Assembly (NCBI GenBank): GCA_002633005.1 | Contig: NMRA01000325.1 | Coordinates: 1 to 64,000 of the forward strand | From: Phoronis australis | Lineage: Eukaryota; Animalia; Phoronida | Length of the DNA: 64,000 nt | Reading direction: 5' to 3' | Shown here: positions 27,131 to 40,055 of the stretch, piece by piece | Numbering within the stretch: position 1 is the stretch's first letter | Layout: each line of letters begins with the position of its first letter | The notes under the pieces: generated by a model | What the model was told of the DNA's origin: nothing | The model's database searches: none | What the model saw: only the letters and a program-made list of their open reading frames with translations | Made by a program: the position numbers and the translations under genes

Positions 27131-28689
27131 TTAGACAATCCTAGTTGTTTTTCTTTCAATCTTCAACTTTGATGGTGCCCATTCTCCTAATGTTTGTATA
27201 CGATGTTTTGAAACACCACTGAGTAAAATGCCAATGAAAAGAATAAAAAAACAGCCCACAATTAAAGGAGAGATGTCGATCATTGCAGACTTCCACACTG
27301 GCATATCTAAGGAGACTGGGCGTAGATAATCTCCACCGTTTTTCCTGACGTAATCAATCCAAAAAGCCGCTGTTTTTCTGGGTGTCATTGGTCTGGATTT
27401 AAACGCGTCGACGCCTGTTTAAGTTTACGGCGTACGTAGGATCGTCAAGTATCATCATCGGCGTTAACAACGTCATCGTGCGTGAACGTTTTTAAGTCGA
27501 GCCATAGACCAAAGCCCTTATTTTCGATAATCCTTGCATTGACTGGTTGGTCATTTGGAGTTATGGGAAGTCGTACATCATGATATAATGCCTCGTACAA
27601 ACTGTTGGCTCCGCTGTGGGTAATGAAGAGTTTAGTCTTAGAGTGACCGAGAAGATCATTTTGAGGAAACCATTCTTCTAATCTCTCATTTGAATTAAGA
27701 CGAAGATTAGATGGGTCGTGAATTTTCATAACAACCTTTTGTTTTAAGCGAGAAAAGGCATCTAGGACATTCTGCAGGTATATTACACGCAATTTCTTCA
27801 AACCTGATCCCAGGGAGAACGAGACAAACTCATTTTCTGCACTAGACATGAACGCTTCAGGCTTTCTTGGAGGGGCTTAGCCGTTGCTGTTGTTAGTACA
27901 CCAATAAGTATGGAATTGGGCATTAACGCCCCTGGATAGCCCGATAGGATCTTTTGTTCCATAGTAACCACATCACACATTCGGACATCAGTTCTCGAAA
28001 ACACGTGCAGGTCAGCTTTTGCGTGAGAAAGGGGCTTTTTAATTAACCACTGTACATCCTTGAGAAAATTGACAAAGTTAAATAAAAGCATTTCAACAAA
28101 TGTTCACAGTCGTCCGAAGGCGTTCTTTGTAATTGGCGTTAGTTGTGCGAAGGTCTTTTCCTCTGCTATTGGCCAAAACGGTGCTCCAGATAAGAAAGTC
28201 TCAGACACAGGGTCGAGTATCGGTAACAAATGGAACGCTAAGCTTTTGGAGAATCAAAGCGAAGCAACGTGTGAACGGTATGCCATCTGTCAGTAGCAAG
28301 TCGACTTTCTCATTTCTCACTGTGTTGAAGAATTCTTCGTCTGAAAGCACGGCGTCACAATAGTGACTGCTTCTTTCGCCCATCTCATCAAGCAGATAAT
28401 ACAAGGACATGTGAGTGAAGTTTTCCATGAGACTGTCCATGTCCTCACCAAATAACATTGGACCATGAGATGGTGAAGGTTTAAATATTATTACAGAAAT
28501 GTTGGTGTTTTTCAAAACCTTTTCAGTCGGAACCGTCTCCTCAACTCCGGTACTCACTCGGTGACCCATTAGTCAATTCATCTCCCACGGCAGGGGTGCA
28601 CTGACCAATATAATGTGTTCTGAATGGCAAAGGTAAGGTTAAATTAATATGAATGCGCAAAATACGCCTCTCACCTTAACACCAGCCAT
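27131..28689 (-). pseudogene. UDP-glycosyltransferase pseudogene, tandem paralogue of 33279-34862
   Basis: Collinear, highly similar pieces (MGHRVST...VPTEKVLKNTNISVI; WFPQNDLLGHSKTKLFITHSGANSLYEALYH; MTPRKTAAFWIDYV) split across at least four ORFs by frameshifts, stops and small deletions. ATG at 28689 is followed by disruptions. Confidence 0.9.
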
Positions 28690-28794
28690 GTAAAGTTTTT
28701 GGTCTAATAGGTATAAAGATTATCATCCTTGGAATGGTTATTATCCAGAAAGCTTTTTGCAATCTCAAAAATCCATTTCTCGTTCAAAATGTCT

Positions 28795-29480
28795 ATATCT
28801 GTTTCTGTTTCTGTTTCTGTTTCTGTGGTGACGTCAGAGGGTGGGCACCGGGATAGTCTCTGGCCCTCCTCTTTCCAGTATCGCACGCAATGTAAATTTG
28901 GAGATGAAACCAAGTTCGTGCTGGTTACACACTCTTCGATCTTTTCCCCTGATACGAGTTTTTGCTGCATCTCCGCATTGCCATCCTCGCTCTATGAGGC
29001 GCTTTGTTGCCCATCTCTCGGCATCTGTAAGCGATTCACGCTCTCTGGAGATTATATCTGCTGGTGTGAGGAGCAGGTCGGCAATCGGTTCTGCGATGCC
29101 TGCAAGCTCATCCGCCTTGACATTGAATGAGATGCCACAGTGTTCTGGTGGTGTTGTAAAGCACAGGGTGATGGGACGCGTCTAGTGCATTTTCGTTTGT
29201 ATATTCTGCTTTTGTGCACTCTGTAAAGTGCCGCTGGCTAGCACAAGCGAAAAGGAAGCCTAGTGCGTCAGCCTTCCCTGCCAGTATACAGCCCCTCTCT
29301 CACCAAGACTTCTATGTTTTACCTCTCCGTGGTGACACACATAAACTGGATACCCTTGCGGCTCCAGGTTAATTGCATCGAGGATCTTGGAGCAGGTTGG
29401 AGCCGTAAAGGTGCAGTGTGCATGACCCACCGGCGTGTGGACATGCTCTGGCACTCACCATTCCAATCCCCAGCTATGGA
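28795..29480 (-). mobile_element. 3' end of an RNase H-bearing LINE (I/Nimb/Ingi-like)
   Basis: Minus-strand PPEHCGISFNVKADELAG resembles the RNase H motif PGHxGIxGNExADxLA. Stop codon is followed by a (GAAACA)n tail at about 28795-28825. Confidence 0.55.
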
Positions 29481-31084
29481 TTAAATAGTGTTGGATGTCA
29501 GTAGTCAACGGCGGAAGAAAGTTACTTACCATACTTCAACGGCGAAGGGCGTAGGAGAAGTCGCACTCCCACCGGTCAGCTGACAATTTTTTAAAAGGGC
29601 GTGAGCTGCCCGCCCGGCAGAAATGCACAGAGAAGTAGGGGCTTTCGGCGATCGGGTTATAACCTCTCTTTATGGCCGTAAACCGAGAGGGCCATGCGTC
29701 GCGATTGGCAGTGGGAGAAACTATTTAGTTTCATTGGCAGGTTCCGCCCGCTCTAAATTAGGCAGTCCCTGGTCAGTAAGGATCCTCCCCGGCCCGTATG
29801 TAACCACGACTGAGCCATCAGGGTTATTTAGGACGTTAAACTAGCGGCTAACGTTATCAGGACAGCGCGGTAACAAATACGCAGCGACTGGATTTCAGAT
29901 CAAACTGTCATTCTTCACGAACATTCTCTATGATGCGATTCAAGTAATTTATACATTGGTTAACTAAGGGGTTCAACACGGTTTTATATAGTTGATTGTT
30001 TAAAAATCATACTTTGTGTGTTGGTTTTTGTCTGCTACAAATCAGCAGAAAAGTTGGATTTACCCAGTAGCGTGCCGAGGTTTAGTGATGCCGGGGCGAT
30101 TTTTGATTGGATGACCCTCTCTCTATTCAAATGCGTGGACCCTAGTGCCAAGAAAAGTAAAAAAAAAACATGACATGAAATATAATTATAAAAAGTTTAT
30201 TTATAATGACTGGATGCATCTTACATGTATATGTGGATCCCCGAGACCGTCGCCCTGCCGACCCCTCTTCTGCACGCAACTCTGTGCTTTCACAGACAAG
30301 TACATGGCTGACATTGTTTTTTTTGCAGGTGGATCCAGCTGCTGAAGTGCCTCCTATTGGCATTTTTGCATTTGTGAATTTCCCTTAAACCCGGTGCAGG
30401 ACCTTTGTGAAATTTGGCTTCCTCGGCAAAGGTTTCACTAAACGGTTTCTTCGATCAAACTATGTGTTGTCGTCCATTCTGGTTTCCACGGAATTATTAT
30501 TAGATAGGACACGGGTCTCCATCTAAGTATCATGACGTGAAAACTACACATGTGAAAAAATAGATATTTAATTGAAGTATTGTGCTTTAAGGCACCCACC
30601 GTCGACGAGGTTTAGATTACTATAATGATACAGTATTTTTAAATACTGTATCTTTATAGTTAAAATTTATTTCAGGAATAAAGCATGGATACAAGAACAG
30701 TAATGCAACTAACTGAGAGTAGCATAGCTAATAAAGTAACGCTAGAGAACAAGTTCCTTTCCCCAGAACGAGAAGTCAATCTTAATTATTTGGGTAAGGC
30801 CGCATAGTTTCGTTAGAGAACATAAAACACAGAAATTTACTGTTCAGGTCTGGCTTTGGATCTAGACTAAATGTGGTATATCAAATTTGGACATTTTGCC
30901 TGTTATGTTCAGTCTTAGATAGCAATAGTCAAACGATTGAAACACTTGGCCAATACATTTTACAAGGCTCTGTATAGGAACTCCTCAAGATGGCGACTCC
31001 TACATCTTATTCCATTCTTCCTGAAAGACACAGTAAGCGTAGGGTATCACAAGTATTTTTCAAACATTTACAGCGTACATTACA

Positions 31085-31240
31085 GTGCCCATACTAAGAG
31101 GGTTATTCTATTTACATCATATGTAATTCATAGTGCACAGACAAATAAAGGATTATCCTGTTTACAACGTATATGATTTACAGTTCACAGACTAATACAG
31201 GACCACCCTATTTGCAGTGTACATGATTCCTAGTGCACAC
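31085..31240. repeat. Diverged tandem units of about 48 bp; related copy at about 32895-33005
   Basis: Shared CCTGTTTACAACGTA...ATAGTGCACAGACTAAT-type blocks at both places. Confidence 0.55.
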
Positions 31241-32062
31241 ATTACGGCGTTTTCTCGTTGAGCCCAACTTGTTCGATTCTATAGCCCAACAACAAGTTGG
31301 GAGGATGACCCCTGCAGCCGGTATCTTACACGACTGATTAACTCCATTCTGGCATTTATGGTTGGAGGGCCACCTCTCTTTTGTTCGATAATTGCTCTAA
31401 TCTCCGATCAGATCCTATCTAGCCCGATTGGGCTGTGCTGTCAAAACTAAAAGTTAAGTTATAACATATTTGAACATAAACCAATAACATTTCTGAACTC
31501 CTCGTCAAATGCTGATCATGTTTAGTTCCTGAATCACAAAAATCGCCCAACTACAACGGAAGTCAAGACAATCTATTGTGTCCGAACGTTTTACCAACGC
31601 ACTGTGTTTGATTGAGCTCATACGCGGTCGGTAGTAGGGTTCTATCACCATTCGTTTCGTAACTCTTACAAAGATACATAATTCTTGTATTTGATCCAAT
31701 AAGTTGTTTTTAGCAGTATATGCTATTTAAAATAATAGTATGCCTAATGTGTTAGCTTCGTTTTGTTACGGGCTTTAATTAAATCATTGTCATAAACCTA
31801 AGGTCTCGTGCTTCCTGTATGTGCCGATTTCCTTGCGCAGTATGCCCGGAACATAAAACGTATTAACGCGATGAGTAATTTTCAGTTTTAATGATTCAGT
31901 TTTCTGGAGTCGATCGGCACCTCAACATGTTTAGTACACATGCTTTCTCAAATTAAGTTTTAGCAATAGAATCTGTAATTTTGACTACTGTTTCTCACAA
32001 CAAAAGTATACAGTGATGAAACGAGGTCGATCGTTGGAGTTTGTTCAAAATGGTACACAAAC

Positions 32063-32225
32063 CAAGGGCGGATCCAGGATTTTGAGTTAGGGGGAAAGGG
32101 CAGAGTATTAGCCACAATTTTGCCCCTCAGACATTCGCACCCCCGAAATGCCAAATGCAATCTGGGATATTTTAGGGGGGCATGGCCCCCTTGGCCGGGT
32201 TGGCCCCCCTCTAAATCCACTCCTG
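32063..32225. mobile_element. MITE (CAGGGGCGGATCCAGG family), 5-bp TSD
   Basis: Imperfect TIR CAAGGGCGGATCCAG / CTAAATCCACTCCTG. Perfect TSD CAAAC. Second copy at 61708-61872. Confidence 0.8.
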
Positions 32226-33278
32226 CAAACAAAATTTTGAAGAACTAAGAAAGATGAATCGCTTGTATGTAAATTTGCAAAAGATTCAGTACCGGTATGC
32301 CACTGAATTTGAAAAATATTATTCTCATAATAACGCAGGGGTTCTTGCTCATCTATAGGGTCAGCTACGCCGAGCGTGCGGCTTTATTAATGAAACGGGC
32401 CACTGTGATCCGTTCCTAAGTTATGCGTACGTTTTTTTGGTAATTCCAGAACGAGTGATCCTCAAAAGCCGCAAGTCAAAACTTCTTCCAAAACGAGCGG
32501 CTTTGCTGAATAAACCAGCTCGCGAGCTCCGCGACTTCTCGAAGTAATAATGCTTACTGGAGTCCACTCCAAAATGAAGCTAAATCTTTCATGGAACAAG
32601 TCCCAATGCCGATAAAATGCTTATTAAGAAACGGAGAAAAATCGACACTTCGGTTACCATTGTTAATTCATTGATGTTGATGAAAACCTCTCTCTGTTGT
32701 CCAAAGTAGTTCTGTTAGGTTTCAGTAACCCTTTGAAACCCGAGAGATAATTGGCCTGTATGTTGTCATACAGGACAAAAGACTGTACTGGGCAGTTAAA
32801 AAAGGAGCCACTATGTTATCACACCCTCAGAACCCGGCCCTCACGTCTGGTAAAGTCACTGAACGGCAGGACGCCGTAATGAGACTATTATAAAACTACC
32901 TGTTTAGAGTATACAGAATCCATAGTGCACCGACTAATATAGAACTACCCTGTTTACAACGTACACGATTCCTATAGCTCACAGGCTAACGTAGGACTAC
33001 CTTGCACATCTACTTCAGGTGACATTTACGATGTTGTCTGAACTTTGAACTGGTTCCTAGTATAAATTAAGTTTCCAACAATCAAAACTTTCTGAATATG
33101 CAATTACCCCTTGGTATCCGTGGCAATATGTAGATGATACACTCTGTGCCACAATCTAAAGTGTTCAGATATTGGATTTCCATCCACCAATTGTCCGGCC
33201 AGCTTAGCAAAAACAATTACGATATCTACAAATATTACATACGTACTAGGAATACGTCAAGATGCACTTACAATACAT

Positions 33279-34862
33279 TCAGTTTTTTTTCTTCACCTCT
33301 GCAAGTTTGAAACGGCTTCTCGCAATTTTTGAATATGTTGTTTTCAAACACCAATAGACTGCTAAGAAGGTCAATAAGAAACAACCCATAAGAAAGGCAG
33401 CGATGTCGATCATTGCAGATTTCCACCCTGGCATGTCTAAGGAGACTGGGCGTAGATATTCTCCCCCATTTTTCATGACGTAATCAATCCAAAAAGCGGC
33501 TGTTTTTCGGGGTGTCATAGGCATGGATTTAAACGCGGTTGACGCCCTTTTCATGTTCTCAGCATACGTGGGGTCATCTAGAATTGTTGTTATAGCCTTA
33601 ACAACATCGTCAGGGGTGATCGTTTTTAAGTCGAGCCACAAACCAAAACCCCTATTTTCGATAGCCCTTGCATTAAGTGGTTGGTCAGTTGGAGTTATGG
33701 GCAGTCCAAGCAGTGGTACACCATGGTACAATGCCTCGTACAAACTGTTAGCACCGCAGTGACTGATGAAGAGTTTAGTTTTAAAGTGACCGAGAACATC
33801 ATTTTGAGGAATCCATGTTTCTAGTTTCACGTTAGCACTGGGGCGAAGATTTGCTGGGTCGTGTACTTTCATAACAACCTTTTGTTTCAAGCGAGAAAAG
33901 GCTTCTAGGAGGTTTTGCACGTAAATCACAGGCAGGCTCTTCAAAATTGATCCCAGGGAGAACAAGATAACACCGTGTTGTGCACTAGACATGAACAATT
34001 CCAGATTTTCATGGAGGCGCTTAGCTGGTGCTGTTGTTAATCCGCCCACAAGAATCGAATTGGACATTAAAGCCCCTGGATAGCCCAAAATGGGATTCTG
34101 TGTTCCATATAACCACAGCAAACATTCGGACATCAAATCTCGAAAACACAGACTAGCTCTTTCGTTGGAAAGGTGCTTTTTAATTAACCATTGTCCATTC
34201 ATGGGAATATCAAACAAGTTAAATATAGCCATGTCAACAAATGATTGTAGGCGCTCAAAGAAGCTCATCGCACCTGGAGTTAGTTGCGCGAACGCATTGG
34301 CCTCTACTACTGGCCAAAACGGCGCTCCAGATAAAAAAGTCTCGGACACAGGAGTTTCGGCAACAAACGGAACACCAAGCTTTTTGGGAAGCAAAGCAAA
34401 GCAACGTGTGAATGGTACACCATCTAGCAGTACCAAGTCAACTTTCTCATTTTTCACTATGTCCAAGAATTTCTCGTCTGAAAGCATAGCGTCACAATAG
34501 TTAATGCTTCTTTTGCTCATCTCATCAAGCAGGTAATACAAGGACTTGTTCGCGGAGTCCTCCATTATATTGTCCACGTCCTTCCCAAATGGCATTGGAA
34601 CATGAGATGGTGGAAGGTTAAATGTTATTACAGAAATGTTGGTGTTTTTCAAAACTTTTTCAGTCGGAACCGTCTTCGCAACTGCAGTACTCACTCGGTG
34701 ACCCATTTTAGTCAATTCATCTCCCACGGCAGCGTGTTGAAACATGTGGCTGAACTGGGGTAAACTAATCAGTAGAATGTGTCCTCCTTGGCAAAGGTAA
34801 TGCTGAAGAATTACACTTAAAGTGATCACACGAAATGAGCCTCTCACCATTACACTGGCCAT
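33279..34862 (-). CDS. UDP-glucuronosyl/glycosyltransferase (GT1 family), 527 aa, coding region intronless
   Basis: N-terminal signal peptide, catalytic-His region (PQFSHM), UGT signature WIPQNDVLGHFKTKLFISHCGANSLYEALYHGVPLLGLPITPTDQ, C-terminal TM helix and di-lysine ER motif (VKKKN). Confidence 0.96.
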   Translation of the reverse strand: MASVMVRGSFRVITLSVILQHYLCQGGHILLISLPQFSHMFQHAAVGDELTKMGHRVSTAVAKTVPTEKVLKNTNISVITFNLPPSHVPMPFGKDVDNIMEDSANKSLYYLLDEMSKRSINYCDAMLSDEKFLDIVKNEKVDLVLLDGVPFTRCFALLPKKLGVPFVAETPVSETFLSGAPFWPVVEANAFAQLTPGAMSFFERLQSFVDMAIFNLFDIPMNGQWLIKKHLSNERASLCFRDLMSECLLWLYGTQNPILGYPGALMSNSILVGGLTTAPAKRLHENLELFMSSAQHGVILFSLGSILKSLPVIYVQNLLEAFSRLKQKVVMKVHDPANLRPSANVKLETWIPQNDVLGHFKTKLFISHCGANSLYEALYHGVPLLGLPITPTDQPLNARAIENRGFGLWLDLKTITPDDVVKAITTILDDPTYAENMKRASTAFKSMPMTPRKTAAFWIDYVMKNGGEYLRPVSLDMPGWKSAMIDIAAFLMGCFLLTFLAVYWCLKTTYSKIARSRFKLAEVKKKN

Positions 34863-34981
34863 GATACGCTTTTGCTAGAAAGAGAACAGGTCTCTGCAGG
34901 CAAGCGCGGGTCACACACGGATAACAACTACTCCAAGCCGTGACCTACATGTATTCAGTGCGTCACAGGCTAGTCTCTTTA

Positions 34982-35423
34982 GGGCCTTTCATACTAACGT
35001 AGACGCGTCGGATGGTTTAGGGAGTTGCGGTCAGTATGAATGCTTAACTTCAGTCCTGGATCGCAGTTAACAGCTCCAGTTAACATCGCAGTTAACAGGT
35101 AGATTTAACAGCGTAGCGTCGACACTGCGGTGCAGTATGAACGGTTAACTTCCGTCCAATCGAAGTTACAGCCAGGTGCCACTGTTATCGTCAACAGTTA
35201 CAGGGTAGTGCCGTCACTAATAGCTGCTTATATTTTGCTCTAATGATAACCAATCGATTTAAAAATAAGTTTAATGTCACTGGGCATATGTAAATATTTC
35301 CAAATTGAAACATTGAAGAAATCTTAGCGTGCAACGCTACCTTGCGATAACTTCGATGACTACGGCGGCACACGCTTACTTTGATGTTCATTAACTACCC
35401 GGCGAAGCCAGTATGAATGGTCC
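34982..35423. mobile_element. PIF/Harbinger-like non-autonomous element just upstream of the UGT
   Basis: GGGCCTTTCATACT ... AGTATGAATGGTCC imperfect TIR. Internal repeats of CAGTATGAA and CAGTTAAC. Confidence 0.5.
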
Positions 35424-35667
35424 AGTTAACTGCGGCTGTTTACGGTCGACGCACCCCTCAGAGCGGAGTTAAAATGATGAAAGGGACTTATTATTCGGGA
35501 CAAATGTCGATCATAAATAAATCTATGAAGTGATATGGGCTCGTCTTTCTCACCTAACCCCCTTTTGCACTAGGTCGGTCCTCAGCCTAAGCTTCTCCTC
35601 GTTTTGGGTCACTCCGGTTTTAGTCTTGCTCAGTGGCTCCTCTTTGTCGGTTCTTGTCATAGAGCAC

Positions 35668-35875
35668 CACGGGCGGCGCACCATAAGGGGGCTGGGGGGC
35701 TATAGCCCTACATTTTCAGTGCTGCGCCGCCCAAGATGGAGAGTGGCATCATCATCCAGTACTTCATTGGCGCCGCCCATGATCTATGGGTGGTGCACCA
35801 CAGGTGGTTGTGGGGTATAGCCCCACTTTTTGCAGTGCTGCGCCGCCCATGATGGAAGATGGCATCATCATCCAG
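35668..35875 (+). mobile_element. Two more CATGGGCGGCGCA-family MITE units
   Basis: Same GGGGGCTATAGCCC...TTTTCAGTGCTGCGCCGCCCA core. Each unit is followed by ATGGA...TGGCATCATCATCCAG (local duplication). No clean TSD. Confidence 0.7.
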
Positions 35876-36899
35876 GCAGGATATCACTGGCTGTGCTTGT
35901 TTCCTATTCCATTGTCTTGGACAGAGCAGGTTTTTATAGTAACTTTCATGCCAGTTTCACCGTTCTCGACTTAACATTTCAAAAACTGTTGACACCATTA
36001 TAAATTTACTTTTCTATTTATTTCATTACCTCACCCTGCACGCTTGGTCTATCTTACGATCAAGTTTCCGCTATTCGCTGTTCACACCCTGTTGGCAACC
36101 GGTTTCACGCCTTTCTTTGTGCCGTACTTTCACTCGTCCTCCAAGTTAATTTTACCCTTCCACGCAATCACGAATCACATAATATCAATGTTTATGGGTC
36201 GTAGAGAATGTGACTGACGATCATGTGAACATGCATGTTCGACGGTTTGATATTGAAATTTGTACTATTAATATCAATAGGCAGGTTTGTTATAACGTGG
36301 CCAATTTTTAATACCTGAAAATTTCTTTTTTGAACGGATGTAGTTCGATTGCCGCGGAATCTGAATTAATGTAGAAAATAGTTGTACCCAAGTGTGTCAT
36401 TCCCACAAATTACATTAACTTTGTATTAAAAAGTATCAGAAGTGTTTCATTATTTACGTCTACACCTGTTGTAGAAATCAGAGTAATGTCCCAAAGTTTT
36501 GACATCAATTTCTCATCGCCTATGTTAATACAACAACCATTTCCGTGGACACACCCACTATCGTCACTTGCAAGATTCACGAACGGTGGCTATTGAAATT
36601 AGTAAAATTGAATTCTGCCTAAATTGCGATTTAAGGGAGCATTTGTTACATTGTAATATCTTCAGGGGCTTGTTTCATGCAGAGTCACAGCAGTCTGAAA
36701 TTCGGTCTTACGCTACACTCTTCTATTATTAAAAGTAATTAAACTTAGTTGAGCAAAAGTGCAGTCTATACTACGACGGAAGACAGCGCCGGTATTTTTG
36801 GACAAAGCAGCAGTTCACTGTGTTTGCAGCCGTTTCAGTTGCAACCTTGACATGACTATTACAACCATGCCTCTTTAAAAGGTTATATAGGATCTTATG

Positions 36900-37042
36900 C
36901 ATGGGCGGCTCAGCACTGAAAAAAGTGGGGAGCTATAGCTCCCATCCTCCTTGTGGTACACCGCCCATCGACCAAGGGCGCCACACTGAAAAAGTGGGGA
37001 GTTATAGCCCCTCCACCAGCCCTCTGTGGAGCGCCGCCCAAG
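36900..37042 (-). mobile_element. Dimeric CATGGGCGGCGCA-family MITE, 5-bp TSD
   Basis: 143 bp, ends CATGGGCGGC / GCCGCCCAAG, perfect TSD TTATG. Confidence 0.8.
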
Positions 37043-38783
37043 TTATGAACATTCATTAAGCCGAATATCTTTAAAAACTATAGAACTTAACTCAGCAAAA
37101 ACAAATATTTTCTGAAAGTAAACATAGAATGTAACTGTACTGTTAATAAGCTCACATGACCATGCTTTTTACCACAATTAAGCAAAAACGAAAAGTGCGT
37201 TCATAGCAAAACAAACTTAATTACCAAATCTCATAAACGCTGTTACATTTTTTAAATCATCGTTTCGTATTCATTTTAGGAAAGTTCATTTTTTAAATAA
37301 GAAATCATGTCAATAGCATTTCTCATAGTCCCTCATGAAAATGTGGAGCGTTTTGAAAACAATTCCCAAAAGCGTTTTAGAGAAAACAGACTGTATAAAG
37401 CATAATATCACAAATTTTCGTTCAACCACTTGTGCGGCACGAAGTTTCAAAGCTGACCAAAACTGAACATTCTTCTAGGGTCCCAAATAACCTTAACAGT
37501 GACAAAGCACTGCAGAGTTGTTTTGAAAACTATCTCTCGCGAAATCCTGTTGGAGAAGGCACTCTTAACGTCAGTCAAGGTGTAGCAAAATTTTTAAAAC
37601 TATTTATGACCGATATTTCAGCAGAAAACTAATTTAAAACACGAAATGTATGTAATATAAAGAACGAGGCAATAACGTCATCAGAATTATACACTGTACA
37701 AACTGCTCCCAAGTTAAGATGCAACGTTGCGAGTTATTTATTGCTGAACAACTGAAATAGCAGCACTTTTTCAAAAATGTTTTTTTAGAGTGTCAGTAGA
37801 GTGCCATTACATATTTTGATAATACTAATGTTTTCAATAACTTGAATTCAACGCCGTCGAAAAACGTCCATGAAAAATGATACAAACCCTGAAATTTCAC
37901 TTTTATTGAAGTATCGGATTACTAGTTCATGTTTCTTATAACAGGATTACTGTCTTTCTGAATGCGTAGTTTTGGCCAATGTGGCATATTTTAATTACTC
38001 TGAAATGTATTTTGAATTATTTAGAACATTTTTATCACCGTTCACACGGAAACTTCAAACTCGAAAGGACGTTTCCGTAGAAGTACTTCAAGAAGTAGTC
38101 CATTTGGTCCAGGTTTGGTATGCGTAATTAGGAAAGTTACATATAGCTCACAATGGATTTTAGGGCAGAAAAATGCAGCTTTTAAAATTATTTGACGGGT
38201 TACTAGGATATACTTTTTGAATTCAATAGCTGTGACCAGAGACATAAAATAGCAAAATCCGTTGTATTCTTGTGATTTTAGTAGCAATCACCGATTCCAG
38301 AAGATTACTTCTCACGTACAGTGCAACTGATTGAAATAGAGGCTGGTGACTAAATTCGTTAATAACTCCGGCTAATAGCAAAGTGTTGGACTGCATGTCA
38401 AAGTGGTGAGTTAGAATTCGTCTTGGGGCCGATTTCTGATTCAGAACATCATCGTGAAAAATGCCTCTTTCTTCAAAGATAGGAAGTCTGTAAACAAGAC
38501 GCACAGTATTTGTCTAACTGGGTGAGCCGTTCTTGCTTTAGCCTTATTGCCCGTTTCTGGCATTGTAGATTATGGAAAGCCATGGAATCCGGCTCTACTT
38601 GGGTCGGTTGGTGTTTTCGGGGCTTATTCAAATCGTTACCACTTTCAATTTGAGGAACTGCTATTTTTGTTGGTTTCGTTTTTGAAGAAATCTGAAAATG
38701 CTCATTGTACCTTTTCATTGTAAATTCCAAACAGTCAAACGCGTTTTGTTGCACGTTTTTGTCTAATCTGGACTACACATGTA

Positions 38784-39048
38784 TATGTGACGGGACGTTC
38801 GTAACTTTACGCTTATTGTTATTCTTATTTAGTTGCAAATGTTCAGTTATTCTTATGCTAATGTCTTTGTTGCGTTTCACTGCGCTTTGTTTTCATATTG
38901 TATGTTAATGATGTCGGGACGACATTTTTTGTTAGGGGGGAGAATGTGACGGGACGTTCGTAACTTTACGCTTATTGTTATTCTTATTTAGTTGCAAATG
39001 TTCAGTTATTCTTATGCTAATGTCTTTGTTGCGTCTCAGTGCGCCTTT
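38784..39048. repeat. Direct repeat of about 100 bp with 160-bp period
   Basis: ATGTGACGGGACGTTCGTAACTTTACGC...TGTCTTTGTTGCGT occurs twice, nearly identical. Confidence 0.9.
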
Positions 39049-39206
39049 GTTACGTGGGCATGTGGGCGCGACTGTATGTGTCGGGCACTTCGCTAGCGAC
39101 AGGCTTAGGAGAAGGGTGTTTCCTTCTTTTGCTTTCATGGAAAGTTGATCGTTATCATGTGCAAATTGAACTGAAACGAATGCCTGATGAGAGAAAATAC
39201 ATATTN

Positions 39207-39535
39207 ATCGAGTTGACGTATTTATACATAACAGTGTCCTGTGAGCGGTGAGTGAGTGAGTATATCGAGTTGACGTATTTATACATAACAGTGTCCTGTG
39301 AGCGGTGAGTGAGTGAGTATATCGAGTTGACGTATTTATACATAACAGTGTCCTGTGAGCGGTGAGTGAGTGAGTATATCGAGTTGACGTATTTATACAT
39401 AACAGTGTCCTGTGAGCGGTGAGTGAGTGAGTATATCGAGTTGACGTATTTATACATAACAGTGTCCTGTGAGCGGTGAGTGAGTGAGTATATCGAGTTG
39501 ACGTATTCATACATAACAGTGTCCTGTGAGCGGTG
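39207..39535. repeat. Minisatellite, 57-bp unit x about 5.8, starting at an assembly N
   Basis: Near-identical ATCGAGTTGACGTATTTATACATAACAGTGTCCTGTGAGCGGTGAGTGAGTGAGTAT. True array length unknown. Confidence 0.95.
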
Positions 39536-40055
39536 GCATCTTGTGCTCAATACACTTATTTGAAATTCGTTTGAATGAGTTAACGTCAAATATTTTTATT
39601 TTACATTACATACAGAGTCCACTGAATGATCAACAACGTTATCCATTCACCGTCGCTGTTTTATTTTTAGCTTGTACAAAACATTTTGTTCAATGAATAT
39701 CTCTGGAGTTAAGCAATACCATAAAATATGTCTCAAATACCTTCCAACCATGTAGCAAAAACTGCACACCCCTAAAAACTGTCCAAGGCATTGGTAAGTA
39801 AAACGAATGTCAAAATCCCATCAACGTTTGAGGCTTGGTTAAAATTTCTAAGATTGAACAGCTTTATTTCAATCGCTGCTGATGATCTCCACATTGTCGT
39901 TTATGGTAAAACGGATGACTATCATGAAAGAAAAGTTTTAAGACAGATTTACAATGATGTTAGCTTACTTCAAAAAATCAGTTATTGGCGTCACTATTTA
40001 GGAAATGTCTTTTAGAGATATTCAGTAACAGCGAATTCGACAACATTTGTTTTGT

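Noticed and set aside
33523-34500. Plus-strand ORFs of 79 and 136 aa
   Set aside because: Antisense shadows of the UGT coding sequence.
33279-34862. Horizontal transfer of the intronless UGT from bacteria
   Set aside because: Signal peptide, C-terminal TM helix and di-lysine ER motif are animal-type UGT features.
38932-39589. 192-aa and 144-aa repeat ORFs
   Set aside because: Translations of a 57-bp minisatellite that span an assembly N.
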